A stretch of 64,000 nt of DNA from Selaginella moellendorffii (taxonomy: Eukaryota; Plantae; Lycopodiophyta). Within the stretch, counting starts at the first letter, position 1, and each line of letters starts with the position of its first letter. The stretch spans positions 1,686,100-1,750,099 of the forward strand of contig NW_003314267.1 of assembly GCF_000143415.4 (NCBI RefSeq), read 5' to 3'. Under the pieces are notes generated by a model. The model made no database searches. It saw only the letters and a list, made by a program, of their open reading frames with translations, and was not told the DNA's origin. A program made the translations under genes and the position numbers. Positions 11,436 through 24,227 of this stretch are shown in pieces.

Positions 11436-13431
11436 ACGCAACCAGGTATAACTACGAGCTTCCGATGTCATTAGAAGCGGGTGACATGTTCCACTTCTGC
11501 CAAGTGGTCTTCCGTAACGAATTCTATTATGTTCGGCAGGTGTGGAAACAATTTTACACAGAGATGAGCAAGGTTACCCAAGGGATGGTTAAAGTGGTAC
11601 ACGTCTCCGGCAACCCCGGCATAGGCAAGTCCCATTTTCTGGTTTACGTGCTCGTTAATCTACTGAAGGAAGGGAAGACCGTCCAGGTGGAGCTCGCTAA
11701 GTACAAAACTGTGGATTATTATGCTTTCTATCCGGACGGGACATACCAGATTCTTAACGGGTTTAACAGGTCGCTGCAAGGGGAGATCCTACTGACTGAT
11801 CAGAGGTTTGTTGGTCACTATGGGCGAATTACGTATATCTTTGCATCTCCCAATCCAAAAAACTGGGTGGAAGCCTGGAAATACATAACCTCGAGCCGCT
11901 TCCACCTGCTTTTCATGCCGCCTTGGTCCTTTGAGGAACTAGAAAATCTTTTCTACCGGTACGAGTATCTGGAGGAGAAAAGATTCTCAGACCCTCGAAC
12001 GGAGTTTCGTGTGAGAAATCTACTATTTGGTCCTATACCCAGGTGGTACTTCTTGGGCACCCTGGAGACCGGATATCAGAAGATATTAAAGAATATACAG
12101 GGGATTGTTGGGAAAGGGGTGCTTCAGGTGCAGGACTTGACAGGCGCTAGTGACAAGGGACAATATTCATATAAGGTGTTCGCAATGTGGCCAAGTGCAA
12201 ATTTTTTGTCTATTCAGTCAATCAGGCCTGTCTCCCAATGGGTTTCACAAAGCATTGCTGAGGTGGCCGCTTACACGGAGCTCAAGGGGTTTGAGACCTT
12301 TGTCTTGGCTGCTGAGGGTGAACCGGCATTGAAAGTCGCTGCTGGGAATTTGTTTGAACGTTATGCTCATGAACGGCTTGCACAGGGGGGAACGTTCAAA
12401 GCCGTGGAAGATGGATCTGATGTGGTGTTGCAAACTCGTCAGATCAAGTATTTTTCTGGTTTGGCAGTGTCGGTGGACCCCGAGTGGAGGAAGGACACAA
12501 GTTACTATTGGGTGCCTAGGAACCAGAACTTCACCATCGTCGACAGTATAACGCCGAACCATATGATCCAAGTGGCCTTGGCAAAGTCGAGGAAGCCCAT
12601 GGATCGGGCTGTCTTCTCCAGACTGCAGTCAGATTTAAACCAGGTAAGTGCAATATCTTTATTATGTTTGGCACCGAACTCCTAACCGATGCAGGACGCT
12701 TATATGGTGCTGGTGAAACCTGAGGGTGATAGAAGAAGTGTCCCGGTTATTAAATTTCGAAGTTCAAACGAGCAGAAGGTCTTGTCTGATGAAGACAAGC
12801 AGCTGGTCTTAGCTGGTGATTTGAGGTATCACCAGATCCAGGGATTGTGCAAGAAGTATAAAATTCGTGCAAACCAGCACAAGGAAGTGATGCTTGAGGA
12901 ACTCGAGGAACTTGTGGCTGTTGCCAATGTCCAGGATGGTGGCCGCATGCAAAAGGAGCAACTGAGGCCGATTGTGAAGACTATTGCATTGCGGAGTGGC
13001 TTCTCAGTGGATTCAAATTGGCGCTATCCGACTCTCGAAGAGCTTTTCACCTCTGTGAAGAACAACATCCATTATGGCGATTATGAACCTTTTTTTGGGC
13101 TGGAAGATGATGCTGTTGAAGACAACGGACATGTAGCAATGGATAATTGGGACATAAAGCTTGGCTTCCATGGGGGTAAGACAAAAAATGTGTTTCACTT
13201 ATAATCACTGATCAACGTCGAATAATCGCAGATGGAACTGCATCCGGGTTTGAATATGAGATCGTGTACACTGCTCTAATGGAGGAGACCCAGGTGACCT
13301 TGAAGTTGGCGCATCTGGATGGTACTCTAGCTGGAAAGCAGGTGAGGGTGAAGGTAGAAGGTCATGAGGGTAGATCGTTGATCTGGAAGTCATATCAACC
13401 ATGTGAAGGATGTGAGGTCTTTCTTGTATGA
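11436..13431 (+). pseudogene. Crinkler/RHS-like copy 2: exons 3-5 open, header exons 1-2 deleted (pseudogene or truncated gene)
   Basis: Same NTPase, REase and SAP-like exons as copy 1. The promoter segment (...ggatgttacc, ~11377) joins directly to the 3' end of intron 2. Confidence 0.75.
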
Positions 13432-14146
13432 ATGAGAGATCTTCTAGCATATCCATATTTTATATATAGATATGTGGTCCCCTTTACATGTTGTTTTCCC
13501 TCACATTCACTTCTCAGATCACTTTCCTCTAGTAGTTTCTTGTCTGGAGAAACAATGTTTCCTTTCTTCAATCAGCATCTTGTGGCATTTCCAAATGCTT
13601 CAAGGATGAAATGTTGAGGCAGTGATGAAGGCAGGGAACGGGGTGGCTGGAGGGGGTATGGGGAGTGGGAGCCGTAGTCATGGCCTGGTTCTGAGTACCC
13701 ATCGTGGCGCATTTGGGTCTTGAGTTGCTCGGCTTGAAAGAAGTACAGACTAGGGTTAGAAGCGGAAGCAGAGTCTTGGTCAAGAGTCAAACAAACACCA
13801 TTCCCAACGGGTAAGTCAACCAAGGAGGCCGGGTTAAGCAGCCAGCGAATTTAGTTAGCAATCTTCTTATTACAAACCTGCTCAATGCAGGAAGGTGTCA
13901 ATGGCTTATTGCCCCAAAGTCAACGGTTGCGGGAAAGGGGAAAATAGGTAGCACAACTCCACCCATTTGGATATGTGAATAGATTTATTCAAGATTGGAA
14001 TACATAAAAGTTTCCATTAAAAGCAAGAAGGTATCATTTAGAACTGGTGGGTCAAGGAATTGACACAGGATACAAAAGTGGAGAACTTGTTATTGAAAAA
14101 GAATGCACAAAAAGTATAAGTCCAATTTAAGTGTATTGTGGATGCA

Positions 14147-14560
14147 TACTCTCAAAGAGCTTTTCACCTCTGTGAAGAACGACATCCATTATGGCGATTA
14201 TGAACCTTTTTTCACTGGAAGATGATGCTGTTGGCAGATATGCAGTGATGGATAATTGGGACATAAAGTTTGGCTTCCATGGGGGTAAGATAAAAAATGT
14301 GTTTCAGTTATAATCACTGATTAACATCGAATAATTGCAGGTGGAACTGCATTCGGGTTTGAATCGGAGATCGTGTACACTGCTCTAATGGAGGAGACCC
14401 AGGTGACTTTGAAGTTGGCGCATCTAGATGGTACTCTAGCTGGAAAGTAGGTGAGGGTGAAGGTAGAACTGGTCACGAGGGTAGACTGTTGATCTGGAAG
14501 TCCTATCAGCCATGTGAAGGATGTGATATCCTTCTTGTATGAATGAGAGATCTTCTAGCG
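14147..14560 (+). pseudogene. Crinkler 3' fragment (end of exon 4 plus exon 5)
   Basis: Matches 13030-13450, with deletions and a CAG>TAG stop. Confidence 0.85.
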
Positions 14561-14784
14561 TACCTAGTTCTAGACAAGAGGAAAGAAAATCTCTCTTTTC
14601 TTTTTTTTCCTTTTTTATCCCGGAGAGAATGGAAGTGGAAAATCGTCAAGCTAAGTGGTCTTAGGATAGTTTATTTCCACTCGGACTTACAAGCATCAGT
14701 TGCGCAATTTTGGGCACTTTTTGAAAAATTCATGGCGAATGCATCTTCGTCTGGCTGTGATCCAGCGACATTGACACCTTTCAG

Positions 14785-15145
14785 CAACTCACTTACCTTG
14801 TGTGGTACAAATTAGTAAGTTTGTAACAAGGAGATTGCTAACTAAATTTGTTGGCTGCTTAACCTGGCCTCCTTGGTTGACTTGCCCGTTGGGAATAGTT
14901 GACTGGCGAAGACTCTATGTCCACTTCTGACCCGGCTCCCACTCCCCATACCCCCTCCAGCCACCCTGTTCCCTACCTTCATAACAAGTTTCATCCTTGA
15001 AACATTTGGAGATGTCACGAGACTATATTAAGTTGATTGAAGAAAGGAAACATTGTTTATCCAGACAAGAAACTACTACAGAAAATTCTGAGAAGTGAAT
15101 TTGAGGGAAAACAGCAACATGTAAAGGGGACCACATATCTATATT
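14785..15145 (-). repeat. Inverted copy of the Crinkler 3' flank (13465-13880)
   Basis: Reverse-complement match, same orientation as 34400-34860. Confidence 0.8.
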
Positions 15146-16239
15146 TGAAATATGTCTACCACTCTTCTCTTGCTCTCGAGCAATATCGATACCTTCAAGA
15201 CACAGGAATCACGCAATTGTACTCCACTGAGCTGGTACTCCCCGGTGTAAGCGACTAAATTTTCCATTCTACTTTAGTCACTTAACCACACCTCCGACCA
15301 CTTGGAGGAGTCTCATTCACAACCTCCATCAGTCCAATTCAGGACTTGGGACTTGCTAGCCTCAAGGATGGCATCCATGCCACTCAACACTTGCACCTGG
15401 TCCAAGTGCTCCTCGTGTCCGGTCCCAAGACCGACACCCAAAGGTACCACTGACATCTCGGCCCGTTACGCTAAGGCCATGCCCATTCACCTTTGCTGCG
15501 CTAGTGGTCCAATACCACTTGCATCACAATCCCGTCTCTCCAAGACTGGGCCATCTGTCCACGAGTGGTCATCCTAGATCCACTCCCTAGCATCCTTAGG
15601 ATGCCCATAGACCTAGGGAATTGCCTTCCCCAAAGTCCCTTTGTCAGTTCCTACCAAGTCCCTTTCTGCCCCTGGCCGTGTTTACCAACACTGCCACTGG
15701 ATCGAGGCCCATAGGCCTGACCCCTAAGTCCCATGGTCCTCTGGGACTTCCTCACCACACGAATGTGTCCTTGGTCACTACCCCAGAGGACTGCTCCTCT
15801 TCCTTTCCACAGTCTAGGCCTTTGGGACAACATTTCGGAACATCGTGGCCATACGCGAGCCACCTGGGTACTCTCCCTGCCTTTCGCCTTTAGGTGCTCT
15901 AGCCATGGGCTTAGAGCGAGGTTCCGTTGAGCCACGCCTAGTATCCAAGTAGGTAGTGCCACCCACACTTGGACTGGGAGCATCGGCCAGTCGATCTCCC
16001 AGGGGAACTAGAGCCGGCTCTTGAACACTTCACCAAGCTACCCCGCTTGTCGGTCTGTATTCACTCTAGTCTTGGACTTCCCAGTGGTCAGTTCATCACC
16101 CAACACTGGGTCTGGCCTTCCTGGGCCAAACTGGCCTTTCCTGGCCAAACTGGCTCCACTGCAGTCCTCCCCCTCACTATACTTTTGGAGCTCACCAAAC
16201 CCCCCAGGGTCTGGGAGACGAACGCTTTGGGCTTTCACC

Positions 16240-16690
16240 CTCTCAGACTCGAACTCGGACTCGGACTCGGACTCGGACTCGGACTCAGACTCGGACTCGG
16301 ACTCAGACTCGGACTCGGACTCGGACTCGGACTCGGACTCGAACTCGGGCTCGGGCTCGGTCTCAGCCTTGGCCTCGGTCCCGGTCTCGGTCCCGGTCTC
16401 GGTCTCGGTCTCGGTCTCGGTCCTGGTCTCGGTCTCGACCTCGGACTCCATCTCGGGTCCTTCTCGGACTCCATCTCGGACTCCATCTCGAACTCCGTCT
16501 CAGTCCATCTCGGACTCCATCTCGGGTCCATCTCGGGCTCCGACTTGGTCCACCTCGGACTCCACTTCGGTCCACCTCGGACTCTATATCGGACTCCATC
16601 TCAGACTCCACTTCGGACTCCATATTGGACTCCACTTCGGGTCCATCTCGGACCCCAACTAGAGTCCGTCTTGGACTCCACCTCAGACAC
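16240..16690. repeat. (GGACTC)n/(GGTCTC)n hexamer array inside the LTR (also 22025-22430)
   Basis: Tandem hexamers grading into degenerate longer units. Copy number differs between the two LTRs. Confidence 0.95.
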
Positions 16691-18424
16691 TTCCACGTGT
16701 CATGTGTTGGTCCTTTTTGGGTCCCTTTTTGGAGCCTTGCTTATTGCTCGCTTTGTGCTCGCTCCTTGAGCACTTTGTTGGGAGTTCCACTCCCGCTCTC
16801 GACCTTCCAAGTTAGAGCTTTTAGTCCAAATGTGTTACACTCGTTTGGGCTTTCGCTTCGGCCACTACCACGTGGCACCCTTTCCGGCTCCACTTTGGGG
16901 CCTAGGGATTTTGTGTCTCACAACTCCACCACCCATAGACGAAGTTCGATATCCTCATCAAACGGTAAACCATTTTATAAAGTAACACCCGCATGTGTTA
17001 CCATTTCTATCCTTGGCCCCTAGCCAATATTTGTCAATGGTTTGACATTGAAGGCTCACCATGCCTTCTCTATATTTGTCAATGGTTTGACACCAAAGGC
17101 TCACCATGCCTTGCCCATCCTCTAAGGAGGATAGTCTCTCCAGCTTAGAGACTCACTTGACCACCTGGGGTGGTTTGCTCCTTTTTATTGGTTCAGTTCT
17201 TGCTAAACCCGTTAGAGACACCCTCTCTAACTCAATTCCACTACTCATTCTTGAGTAGTCACAGATTCCATTGATCTACCTTTGCACTTTGGAACGTTTA
17301 CTCTTGACTTTTTGGAGTCAATTTCCTAGGTGTCTCCGACACCTTGTCTTGCACATTTTGTGCAACTCCACTTCCCCTCCTAGGAAGTTCTCTACTCGAG
17401 GGCACCCTCATCCTCTTTTCTATTTTTGTGCCACTATTGGCATTACGTTCCATTTATCATTATTTGTGCTAGGGCTGTCCACGGCCCTACCTTTTGGCTA
17501 CTTAGTTGCTCCCTCACTTGGAGCCTTTCCTTTGCCAAATTGGAGCACTTGGGAATCCATCCTTGGAAGTCCACTTCTTTTTCCGCAATCCGTTAGCATC
17601 AACCACATTAGTGTTCCTTGGCTAACTTTGCCACTTGAATTCTTTCCAATGGATTTCACGGCCCTATCTTGGGCACTCGTCTTTTGCTCCTATCCTTGGA
17701 TTGTTGCACCAAGCAACATAGGATCATTACCTCCCTCCTTGAGGTATTCTTTTGGTTCCATAGCAAAGGATCTGCTTTGCCCAGACTAGGGTGTTCACCC
17801 CTAGTAAGTCTCCCCACTGTTCTAGGATCTCTTCCTAGCCTAACCTTGTGACCCACCCATGGGCCTGTCTCTGGAGACTATTTTCTTGAACTCATAATAC
17901 CATTGTATTGTAGTAGTTCATTTCCCTTAGGTGTCCTTCCCACTTAGTCACCTTGACCAAGCCACACCTTTATCAATAGTTCAAATCAACACTTTGAACT
18001 AGGAATCATATTCCTTAATCCAAACAAAGACCTTGTCCTTGTTTAGCCATAAGGTCACCTAGTGATCTCATCTTGACCCCTTAATAGGTCTACCAATAGG
18101 AACTAAGTCTTCCAGACCCTTCTAAGTTGTTAACTATGACCCCGGGGGCATCCCCCACACTTGGCGGTGCGCCCAAGCTAGCCCTTCCGGCCAAGGATCC
18201 ATAGCAACTGAGACTGGGTGTCCCCATCTCATTCACCACGTCCTTAGTGCCCTTTGCACCAAAGTGTTCAAGTTAGATATGCCGAGCTTTCACTCTAAGC
18301 AATCTAACCGTGCATCACGACTCCGAGGCATCCCTCGCTTGGCGGTGTGCCCAAACCAGTCTCCTCACTGAGAGTCCATGACCACTGAAATATGAGTGTC
18401 CTCATATTCCAAACCATCACCACG

Positions 18425-18539
18425 CCCTAGTGAGTTGGGACTCGAACCCAAGCACTAGAGGGTCGGGACTCGAACCCAACCTCCGTATATGCATCTACGG
18501 ACGGCATCACCCAGGATGCCTGGCGTGACTCCCCACGCC
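18425..18539 (-). other. Five contiguous stem-loops, two with tRNA T-loop/B-box sequence, inside the LTR element
   Basis: Minus strand stems: GGCGTG/CACGCC, GGCATC/GATGCC, TCCGTA/TACGGA, GGTTGGG-TTCGAGT-CCCGACC, and CTCTAGTG..TTGGG-TTCGAGT-CCCAA..CACTAGGG. Confidence 0.6.
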
Positions 18540-21500
18540 GGTGCACCAACTTATACTCAAAGCGCGCTATAGATCACAGCTTAGGAACCTAGTTCCTCCA
18601 CATTGCCAAGTCCTCTCACTTGACAAGTCTGTGATCATGCATGGACTCCTCCATGCTTGGCCCCATGGCCCACCCTTTTTGAAGTTATCACCTTCAACTA
18701 GGGTATTTGTTCCCCTGACTTGCCAATCTCGCTTTGGCAAGTCCTCCGACCACTGTAACATGGTTCCTACACAAGCGTGAAAGCCCTTGACCATCGACTT
18801 TCGTTCAAAGCCCTCTCTTTGAACACTCGGGAACTACTTCCCTAACCTTGATAGCCTTGCTTCATGGCAAGCTTCAAGACCATGCTTCTGCTGTGCCACT
18901 CTGATTTCGCGCGTGCTTTGAACCATTTACACTTGGCCTTTCTAGGTACTAAGCTACCTAGAATCATCTTTGGGAACCTTGAAGGAACCCTGTCCCTTAG
19001 CTTGCTAAGGCCTCCCTTTTTGCAAGCTTTCCAATTACCATATAGTCTAACATGGACAATTCCATATTTTAGACCCTCCATGGCATCACAGTTGCTAGCG
19101 GCACACCCTCGAGCCCCCACTTGATTCTCCACTCCCAGCTGGCATAACTACCCTTGGTTATGCCCTTCGATTCCTATGGTTTGGTTCTATCCCCTTACTA
19201 CTTGTTTTTGGCTTCACACCTTTCCTTTGGTCATTCTCCTCCAGACCAGGAGGATAGCTTTGCACTTTCTATCATGCCTTAGCAAGTATTCTTAGGGATG
19301 AACCTACCCGATAGCCTAGGGAGTGGTTCCTCAATCCAGGTATGCTCACCCTATAATCCCACACACTGAGATTACGTTGTTGCTTATGGGCCTTTACATG
19401 CCCATCGCTAGCCTTGCCAAAATTCCATTTTTGGCTTTGTCCAATTCGAGTAGACAGTCTTCTCCTATCTCCGCCACCTTGGACATTTGGATAGCACCTT
19501 GTATCCATCATTTGCTAGAGACTTAGTCCCTTAGGCCTTATCTATTGCCCTTGCAACATCAAACACCACCTCCTGGTGTTCTAGAGTGTTTGGGTGTCCC
19601 AACGATGGTTTCCTTGACAATGAGTATTTTCTTTTATGACATTGACTTACTATATCGCAACATAAGCAACTTATCCCCCGTAAGGGTATATCTAACTTCC
19701 CTATGCCATTAAGAAGGCTTGGGTAGCTACCTTCTACCCGTTTAACCAATTATTTTGCACCTCTTGCTTAGTTGCCTCATAGTTGTCAAGTCCTACAACT
19801 CATTGTTGGTGCTTCCACACCTCCATCATTATCTCGGTCACCACACTCCAACTGCATGCTCTGCAACTTAGGCTATGCCATTCCTATTTCCATTAGGATT
19901 CCTTTGGCAAGGGGTTCTCATGAACCCACCAACATAGCCTCAAGGTATCACACGTTGGCACATTTGGTGTCTCCACACCATCGGCTCCACGAGCCTACCT
20001 TTATGACACTTTTTCTTTGTGTCTAAGTCTTTGCCAAGACCAATACCGCTCTTTCTCATGCCAACCATCTGTTAGCACGGCACCATAGAGGTTACACACA
20101 GCTTTGTGTCAAAGTTGTTTTCTTTTTGGGAACACCTTTCCCATGACTTTAGCACGGCACATTTTGCCATCGATGAGATACCCTCTGTTCTCATCCTTCA
20201 ATCCTATGATCCCCCCCCCCCCATCCTTCGTGGGGTGCAACACACCTCAGTCCAAATGCTCCTATCAGTCCTTTTTAGGACTATTCCTTGACTCTACTTG
20301 AGTCATCCAGCAGTTTTGGACTTGGTTAATCCACATATCCGTAAGGTCCTACTTGTGAGGCACTAGCTCACTGGAATACACTTTTTGCATTCCTGTCCTA
20401 CTCAAAAGGACTATTTTCACAAGTGTTACTCTGACACTTGATTTTGTTCTCTTAGGGCAACCTTTTGCCTCTTAGGACCACTTGTCCATGTGATGAGGAT
20501 ACCAACTCATCCTCTAAGTACATCCCCAACTCCTTGGGTTGTTCCAGCATTTATCAAGGGTAACCTCAGCTACCATTTCGAGGACTTGTGTCCTCTCCTA
20601 TATTTGACCTCCCATGGTCATCAATTCCGGTCTCAAAGTTATGAGCACCGGCCTCAACTATATGAGGGTAATCTTGTGACTCCTTTATTATTTTGGAGTC
20701 TACATCTTTCCCGTGATCCCAATTATAGTTGTTTACCACAACTACGTTAGCCCGTTTGCTGCGTCAAACGCTCATCTGGATCACATCCTCAGCTCTCTGA
20801 GGAAACCTTATATTGTTCCCAAGATCCCAAAGTTGTTCTATTATTGGCCCTTTTCTATCCACCACATCGTGCCCAAGTTCACGCATGAACTTGAGTGGAG
20901 AGCCATGTCCTCTCGACATGCTACTCCTCAAGGATAGGCCCACTCCTAGGACCATCCGATGCCAACATCAATGGTGATATACTTGAGCACCAATAAAAGT
21001 CGAACTAAGGAACAGCTCTGATACCAAGTTGTAAGCGACTAAATTTTCCATTCTACTTTAGTCACTTAACCACACCTCTGACCACTTGGAGGAGTCTCAT
21101 TCACAACCTCCATCAGTCCAATTCAGGACTTGGGACTTGCTAGCCTCAAGAATGGCATCCATGCCACTCAACACTTGCACCTGGTCCAAGTGCTCCTCGT
21201 GTCCGGTCCCAAGACCGACACCCAAAGGTACCACTGACATCTCGGCCCGTTACACTAAGGCCATGCCCATTCACCTTTGCTGCGCTAGTGGTCCAATACC
21301 ACTTGCATCACAATCCCGTCTCTCCAAGACTGGGCCATCTGTCCACGAGTGGTCATCCTAGATCCACTCCTTAGCATCCTTAGGATGCCTACAGACCTGG
21401 GGAATTGCCTTCCCCAAAGTCCCTTTGTCAGTTCCTACCAAGTCCCTTTCTGCCCTTGGCCGTGTTTACCAACACTGCCACTGGATCGAGGCCCACAGGC

Positions 21501-23214
21501 CCGACCCCTAAGTCCCATGGTCCTCTGGGACTTCCTCACCACACGACTGTGTCCTTGGTCACTACCCCAGAGGACTGCTCCTCTTCCTTTCCACAGTCTA
21601 GGCCTTTGGGACAACATTTCGGAACACCGTGGCCTTACGCGAGCCACCTAGGTACTCTCCCCGCCTTTCACCTTTAGGTGCTCTAGCCATGGGCTTAGAG
21701 CGAGGTTCCATTGAGCCACGCCTGGTATCCAAGTAGGTAGTGCCACCCACACTTGGACTGGGAGCATCGGCCAGTCGATCTCCCAGGGGAACTAGAGCCG
21801 GCTCTTGAACACTTCACCAAGCTACCCCGCTTGTCGGTCTGTATTCACTCTAGTCTTGGACTTCCCAGTGGTCAGTTCATCACCCAACATTGGGTCTGGC
21901 CTTCCTGGGCCAAACTGGCCTTTCCTGGCCAAACTGGCTCCACTGCAGTCCTCCCCCTCACTATACTTTTGGAGCTCACCAAACCCCCCAGGGTCTGGGA
22001 GACAAACGCTTTGGGCTTTCACCCTCTCAGACTCGAACTCGGACTCGGACTCAAACTCGGACTCGGACTCGGACTCGGACTCGAACTCGGGCTCGGGCTT
22101 GGTCTCAGCCTTGGCCTCGGTCCCGGTCTCGGTCCCGGTCTCGGTCTCAGTCCTAGTCTCGGTCTCGACCTCGGACTCCATCTCGGGTCCTTCTCGGACT
22201 CCATCTCGAACTCCATCTCGAACTCCATCTCGGGCTCCGTCTCAGTCCATCTCGGACTCCATCTCGGGTCCATCTCGGGCTCCGACTTGGTCCACCTCGG
22301 ACTCCACTTCGGTCCACCTCGGACTCCATATCGGACTCCATCTCGGACTCCACTTCGGACTCCATATTGGACTCCACTTCGGGTCCATCTCGGACCCTAA
22401 CTAGGGTCCGTCTTGGACTCCACCTCGGACACTTCCACGTGTCATGTGTTGGTCCTTTTTGGGTCCCTTTTTGGAGCCTTGCTTATTGCTTGCTTCGTGC
22501 TCGCTCCTTGAGCACTTTGTTGGGAGTTCCACTCCCGCTCTCGACCTTCTAAGTTAGAGCTTTTAGTCCAAACGTGTTACACTCGTTTGGGCTTTCGCTT
22601 CGGCCACTACCATGTGGCACCCTTTCCGGCTCCACTTTGGGGCCTAGGGATTTTGTGTCTCACACCCGGGAGTTGCAATAGAAGATCAAGGTGGTCAATG
22701 ACATGGGCATGGCTGCAAACACATCAAGATGCCCTTCTTGGGAACTTTCTGCAACTATAGACGTCCATGCCATTACATTCCCTCAGGACTTTTGACACAG
22801 ATATACTCTGTTTGCGATGTTTCCATGGAGGATGATGTTCCAGATTCTAATCAAAGCCATTATCAAACATCGCTTTTAGCTATGGCTCGCCCATTAACTT
22901 GATCCAGCCGTTGGCAGCCATCAAATCAAGTCAGGTTTTCCACAAGATTGTGGCTGACAACTGCCAGGTTCTCCAGAACCCAGCTGCCACCTGCCAGGTT
23001 CTGGAGAACCCTCTCATCCTCAAATAACATTATGCCAAGTGTCCGTTAAGGTCTCACCACAACCTGTTAAAGGCCATTCCTGGGCACAAGCTCCCTCCAG
23101 GACGCACTCACCGGGCTATATAATGCCCGGCTCGCCCGTTCTGAGCAGGGCTTGACCAAACTGAACACCGTTATCACCAGCACGTTACACCGAGAAGCAA
23201 AGATGACAAGCTCA

Positions 23215-23660
23215 TTATCCAAGTAGGCCTAAAGCATCGCTGTCCACGAAACGAAGTTCTTCTCGCTCAATCTCCTTGAACATTTTCCTCGCAAGAGGCA
23301 AGATCACCCACTTGGGCGACAACGCCGCGATCTGGAACAATCGCTCGGCCTCGCCCAAATCGCCATCCTGGATGCACGAAACTAGGCTCCTCTTGGGCAT
23401 CTTGTGGCACCCTGCCCGTGCTGCACAAATCCCGAAGCCAAAATCGTCCAGGACACCACATTCCTAGCGCTCATCCGATCAAAGCACTCCTTGGAGCGCT
23501 CCACTTGGCCGTTGCGATGGAGCAAAGCATGCCAGAAACTGATCGATGGCCTTGCATTGTGATACACGGAGCCACCGTCATCTTCACTGCCATAGTCCCA
23601 CGACAGCAATTGGATACGCCTCCTCACGCACTCGAGGTACTCCTCGTCGGTCATCCACAC
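23215..23660 (-). pseudogene. Degenerate PLS PPR fragment
   Basis: Frameshifted PPR-like peptides: NGQVERSKECFDRMSARNVVSWTILASGFVQHG and QDGDLGEAERLF. Confidence 0.7.
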
Positions 23661-24227
23661 CAGACATCGCGAGTGTTACACCATACTTGGGCCACGATGG
23701 TCGTCACGTCGCAAGAGAAATCTCTCGGAACTTTAGTGCTCAGTGGCAAGGTTCCGCTGGATGGCCGGTGGAGATCCCAACCCTCCCATGCACATTACTA
23801 TTGCAACGACGAGATTGGAGACTCTCTGGAGAGGCATGGTTTTGCGGAGAAAGAAAGAGAATCCGGGTCCGCAAGCAAAAACTCGATGCCGGCTTCGGAG
23901 GCAAAAACACACAAAGGCCAGGGGGGCCGGCGGTAGATTCGGTGGATTCGGTGGACGCGGTGGCTGTACGGAAGATGCACGCCTGTTCTTCGTTCTCGTT
24001 TGTTCTTTTTATAGGGGATTTGGAAGGCGCGGTCGTGGCGATCGATCCTCATAGTTGACATGTTTGATCGACTTGATGCTACTCCATTCCTGAGATTTTC
24101 GGCGATCATTAATGCTGCCCACCCATCTTTGTTGGTGGCAAGCAGTAGTCCAGAAGTTATAGAGAAACACCCCGGAGAAATCCTCCACTAGCAAACCGAT
24201 AGTTTGCGATTTTGTTATCTCACGAGC

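Larger units (their letters stand above)
15246..22664 (-). mobile_element. Full-length non-autonomous (LARD-like) LTR retrotransposon
   Basis: LTRs 15246-16922 and 21030-22664 (TG...CA), perfect 5-bp TSD CCCGG, PBS minus TGGTATCAGAGC (tRNA-iMet) at 21015-21026, and a purine-rich PPT-like tract minus GGGTGGTGGAGT at 16923-16934. The 4.1-kb interior has no long ORF. Confidence 0.95.

Noticed and set aside
15969-16769. ORFs encoding (LG)n, (SD)n or (ES)n repeats resembling SD-repeat adhesins (also 21753-22404)
   Set aside because: They arise from a stop-free hexamer microsatellite inside the LTR that is open in several frames on both strands.
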